From an uncultured virus (IMG/VR IMGVR_UViG_3300033066_000598) (Duplodnaviria; Heunggongvirae; Uroviricota; Caudoviricetes): DNA of 64,000 nucleotides. Location: the IMG/VR virus record IMGVR_UViG_3300033066_000598; one strand, 5' to 3'. The notes under the pieces were generated by a model that saw only the letters and a list, made by a program, of their open reading frames with translations, did not search any database and was not told the DNA's origin. How positions within the stretch are numbered: the stretch's first letter is position 1; each line of letters begins with the position of its first letter. Below, piece by piece: positions 62,070 through 64,000 of this stretch. The translations under genes and the position numbers were made by a program.

Positions 62070-64000
62070 ATGTTGTGGCGTGACGCGGGCGACCGATTCC
62101 GCACTCCGGAGTGGCGCGGACGTAAGGCGTTCCGCGTCACTGCCGCTGTGCTGTTCATCGGCGCCTCGTCTTACTCCCTAGTCCACACCTTCAAAAAGAC
62201 CGACTACGGCTTCTCGCGCGAGGCCACCGTCAAGGTCAAAAAGCAGGACGGCACGCGCGAAGTATTCGTGCTGGCGACCGTCGCTACGATTGCTGCCGGC
62301 GCTTCGTCGCCGTGGTCGGTGCCGTCCGACTGCGGCCTGATTACCAAAGTCGAGTGCGTCGGCGCCGGTGGTCCGGGCGGCACCGTGGCTGCGATCGCGC
62401 AGGCTGGCGGTCGAGGTGGCGGCGGCGGCGCCTATTGCTTCGCAACGAATGTCGTTGCCAGACCGTCTGTCACCAGCTTCGCGATCAGCGTGCCGACTGC
62501 GCCGACCCCCGGCAACAATCCGGGGGATACGTGCTTTGGGGCCACGACGATCGGCGGCGGGGGCATCAAGTGTGGTGCCAAGTCCGGCACCAAGGGCGCG
62601 CAAGGCAACGGCGGCAATGGCACGGGCGGCGCCGCATCGGGATGCGTCGGCGGCGCCGGCGGCGGGACCACCAATCCGGGCGCTACCTACGCCAAGAGCG
62701 GCGGCAACGGCGGCGGCAACGGCGGTGCTTATGCGGGCTCGGGTGGCGGTGGGGCCGGTGGACCGAACGGCACGGGCGCGAACGGCGGCAACCAAACGGT
62801 CGGCAACTACGGCGGCGGCGGCGGCGGCGGCAATGGTGGCGGCGCGAATGGTGCCAATGCCACGACCGACACGGGCGCGGTTGGTGGCAACAATTCGGGC
62901 GGCTCTGGCGGTGGCTCGGGCGGCGGTGGTACGGGCTCGAACGGCGGCGGCGGTGGTGGCGGCTCTGTTGGTCCCAACGTAGGCGGCGCTGGCGGCGCGG
63001 GCGTCGATTACTCTGGCGGTTCGAACGGCGGCGGCGGCGGTGGTGGTGGCGCAGGAGCATCGAGCGCGAGCGGCGGTTCAACGGGCGGCGTGGGTGGTGC
63101 CTACGGCGGCGGCGGCGGCGGCGGGTCTTCGGCCAACTCCGGCTCTCCCGGCGCTGGCGGCAACGGTGGTGCAGGCCGTATCGTCGTAACCTACACGCCG
63201 ACGGCGTCGACAAATCAGACGGTTACGATCACGTCGACGTCAAGCGTGTCGATGACCAGGAGAACGTCAAAGACCGTGTCGATCACATCGACGTCGTCGG
63301 TGTCGATGCTGCGCCAAACCCTGAAGAACGTTGCTGTCACCTGCGCCTCGACAGTGTCGGGGGCGCGGAGTGCGGGAAAGACGGTTTCCGTCACCTGCGC
63401 TTCGGCGCTGACCATGTTGAGGCAGACGCTGAAGAACGTGGCGATCACGGCGTCTTCCGCCGTGACGCCGAACAAGACGACAGTTCAGACGATCAACATC
63501 ACGGCGGCGAGCGCGGTCACGCTTTCGAAGCAAATCGAAAAGCTGATCGAGATCACTTGCGCCAGCCTGGTCGACGTGCACGAGCAGTCCGGCGTCGTGC
63601 CGATAACGATCGACATCACCTGCGACAGCGCTACGACGCTGACGACGCAGACGCAGAAGAACGTGCAGATCCTCGCGGCGACGGCCGTCACGCTGCAGCA
63701 GCTGGCCGGCAAGCTTGTGTCGATCACTGCCGCGACGTCGGTCACGACGAAGCAGGACATTGCGAAGCAGCTGGCCATCACCTGCAGCAGCCTTGTTGCC
63801 GTCCTGAAGCAGGTGCAGCACTCGATCGCCGTCGACTGTGCCTCGCTGGTTTCGATCTCGACGCGCTCCAATAAGGACATCGAGATTGCGTGCCTGACGG
63901 CCGTAACCATGCTGCGCAGCGCCTCCAAGCTGGTGAACGTCACCTGCGCCAGCGTCGTGACCACGCTGCAAGGTATCGGCAAAACGGTCGACATCCTGTC
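62070..64000 (+). CDS. large glycine-rich fibre protein with 18-aa repeats (partial, open at the window end)
   Basis: Read by hand: MLWRDAG...WSVPSDC...VECVGAGG, Gly-rich domain ending GGAGRIVVTY, then K[TN]V.IT..S.V...... repeats; absent from the ORF track because it has no stop. Confidence 0.8.
   Translation, partial: MLWRDAGDRFRTPEWRGRKAFRVTAAVLFIGASSYSLVHTFKKTDYGFSREATVKVKKQDGTREVFVLATVATIAAGASSPWSVPSDCGLITKVECVGAGGPGGTVAAIAQAGGRGGGGGAYCFATNVVARPSVTSFAISVPTAPTPGNNPGDTCFGATTIGGGGIKCGAKSGTKGAQGNGGNGTGGAASGCVGGAGGGTTNPGATYAKSGGNGGGNGGAYAGSGGGGAGGPNGTGANGGNQTVGNYGGGGGGGNGGGANGANATTDTGAVGGNNSGGSGGGSGGGGTGSNGGGGGGGSVGPNVGGAGGAGVDYSGGSNGGGGGGGGAGASSASGGSTGGVGGAYGGGGGGGSSANSGSPGAGGNGGAGRIVVTYTPTASTNQTVTITSTSSVSMTRRTSKTVSITSTSSVSMLRQTLKNVAVTCASTVSGARSAGKTVSVTCASALTMLRQTLKNVAITASSAVTPNKTTVQTINITAASAVTLSKQIEKLIEITCASLVDVHEQSGVVPITIDITCDSATTLTTQTQKNVQILAATAVTLQQLAGKLVSITAATSVTTKQDIAKQLAITCSSLVAVLKQVQHSIAVDCASLVSISTRSNKDIEIACLTAVTMLRSASKLVNVTCASVVTTLQGIGKTVDIL

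Noticed and set aside
62312..63874. ORF-track proteins 62312-63874 and 62368-62982
   Set aside because: Wrong frames; the credible gene is the open Gly-rich frame starting at 62070.

Overview
The whole window is tailed dsDNA phage sequence: high GC, gene-dense, with no bacterial housekeeping genes, tRNA, rRNA or CRISPR recognised. Gene families and composition suggest an alphaproteobacterial (rhizobia-like) host; this is an inference. It looks like a circularly permuted genome with the tail module falling outside the window. Layout: 1-5.7 kb (+) end of a tail fibre gene and the lysis cassette. 5.8-25.1 kb (-) early/recombination arm with a J-like protein, ParB-like protein, ExoX-like exonuclease, DUF5131, RecD-like helicase, RecT, RecE, an XRE HTH and an SMC-like ATPase. 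25.6-35.3 kb (+) replication arm with RuvC, an MT-A70 methylase, a primase-helicase, a WYL protein and a ParB-methylase. 35.3-38.7 kb (-) a second small early block. 39-64 kb (+) terminase, head, neck and fibre genes of the DUF1073/MuF/DUF2213/DUF2184/DUF4054 type. The most striking feature is a 1615-aa portal fused to a HipA/PI4K-like kinase and an R-S-ExE ADP-ribosyltransferase. Its modules are separated by the same hydrophobic-A-x-D motif that recurs in the protease, capsid and MuF proteins, which suggests a protease-processed effector polyprotein loaded into the head. Also notable: five copies of a palindromic operator CTAWAC-N5-GTWTAG at leftward promoters, two CGTA(A/C)CC iteron-like arrays, eight free-standing homing-type endonucleases (several next to recoded tracts in the neighbouring gene), and fibre-like or structural-cluster proteins carrying Sec or Tat signal peptides. 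No integrase was seen. All family assignments come from motif recognition by eye; no database searches were run.
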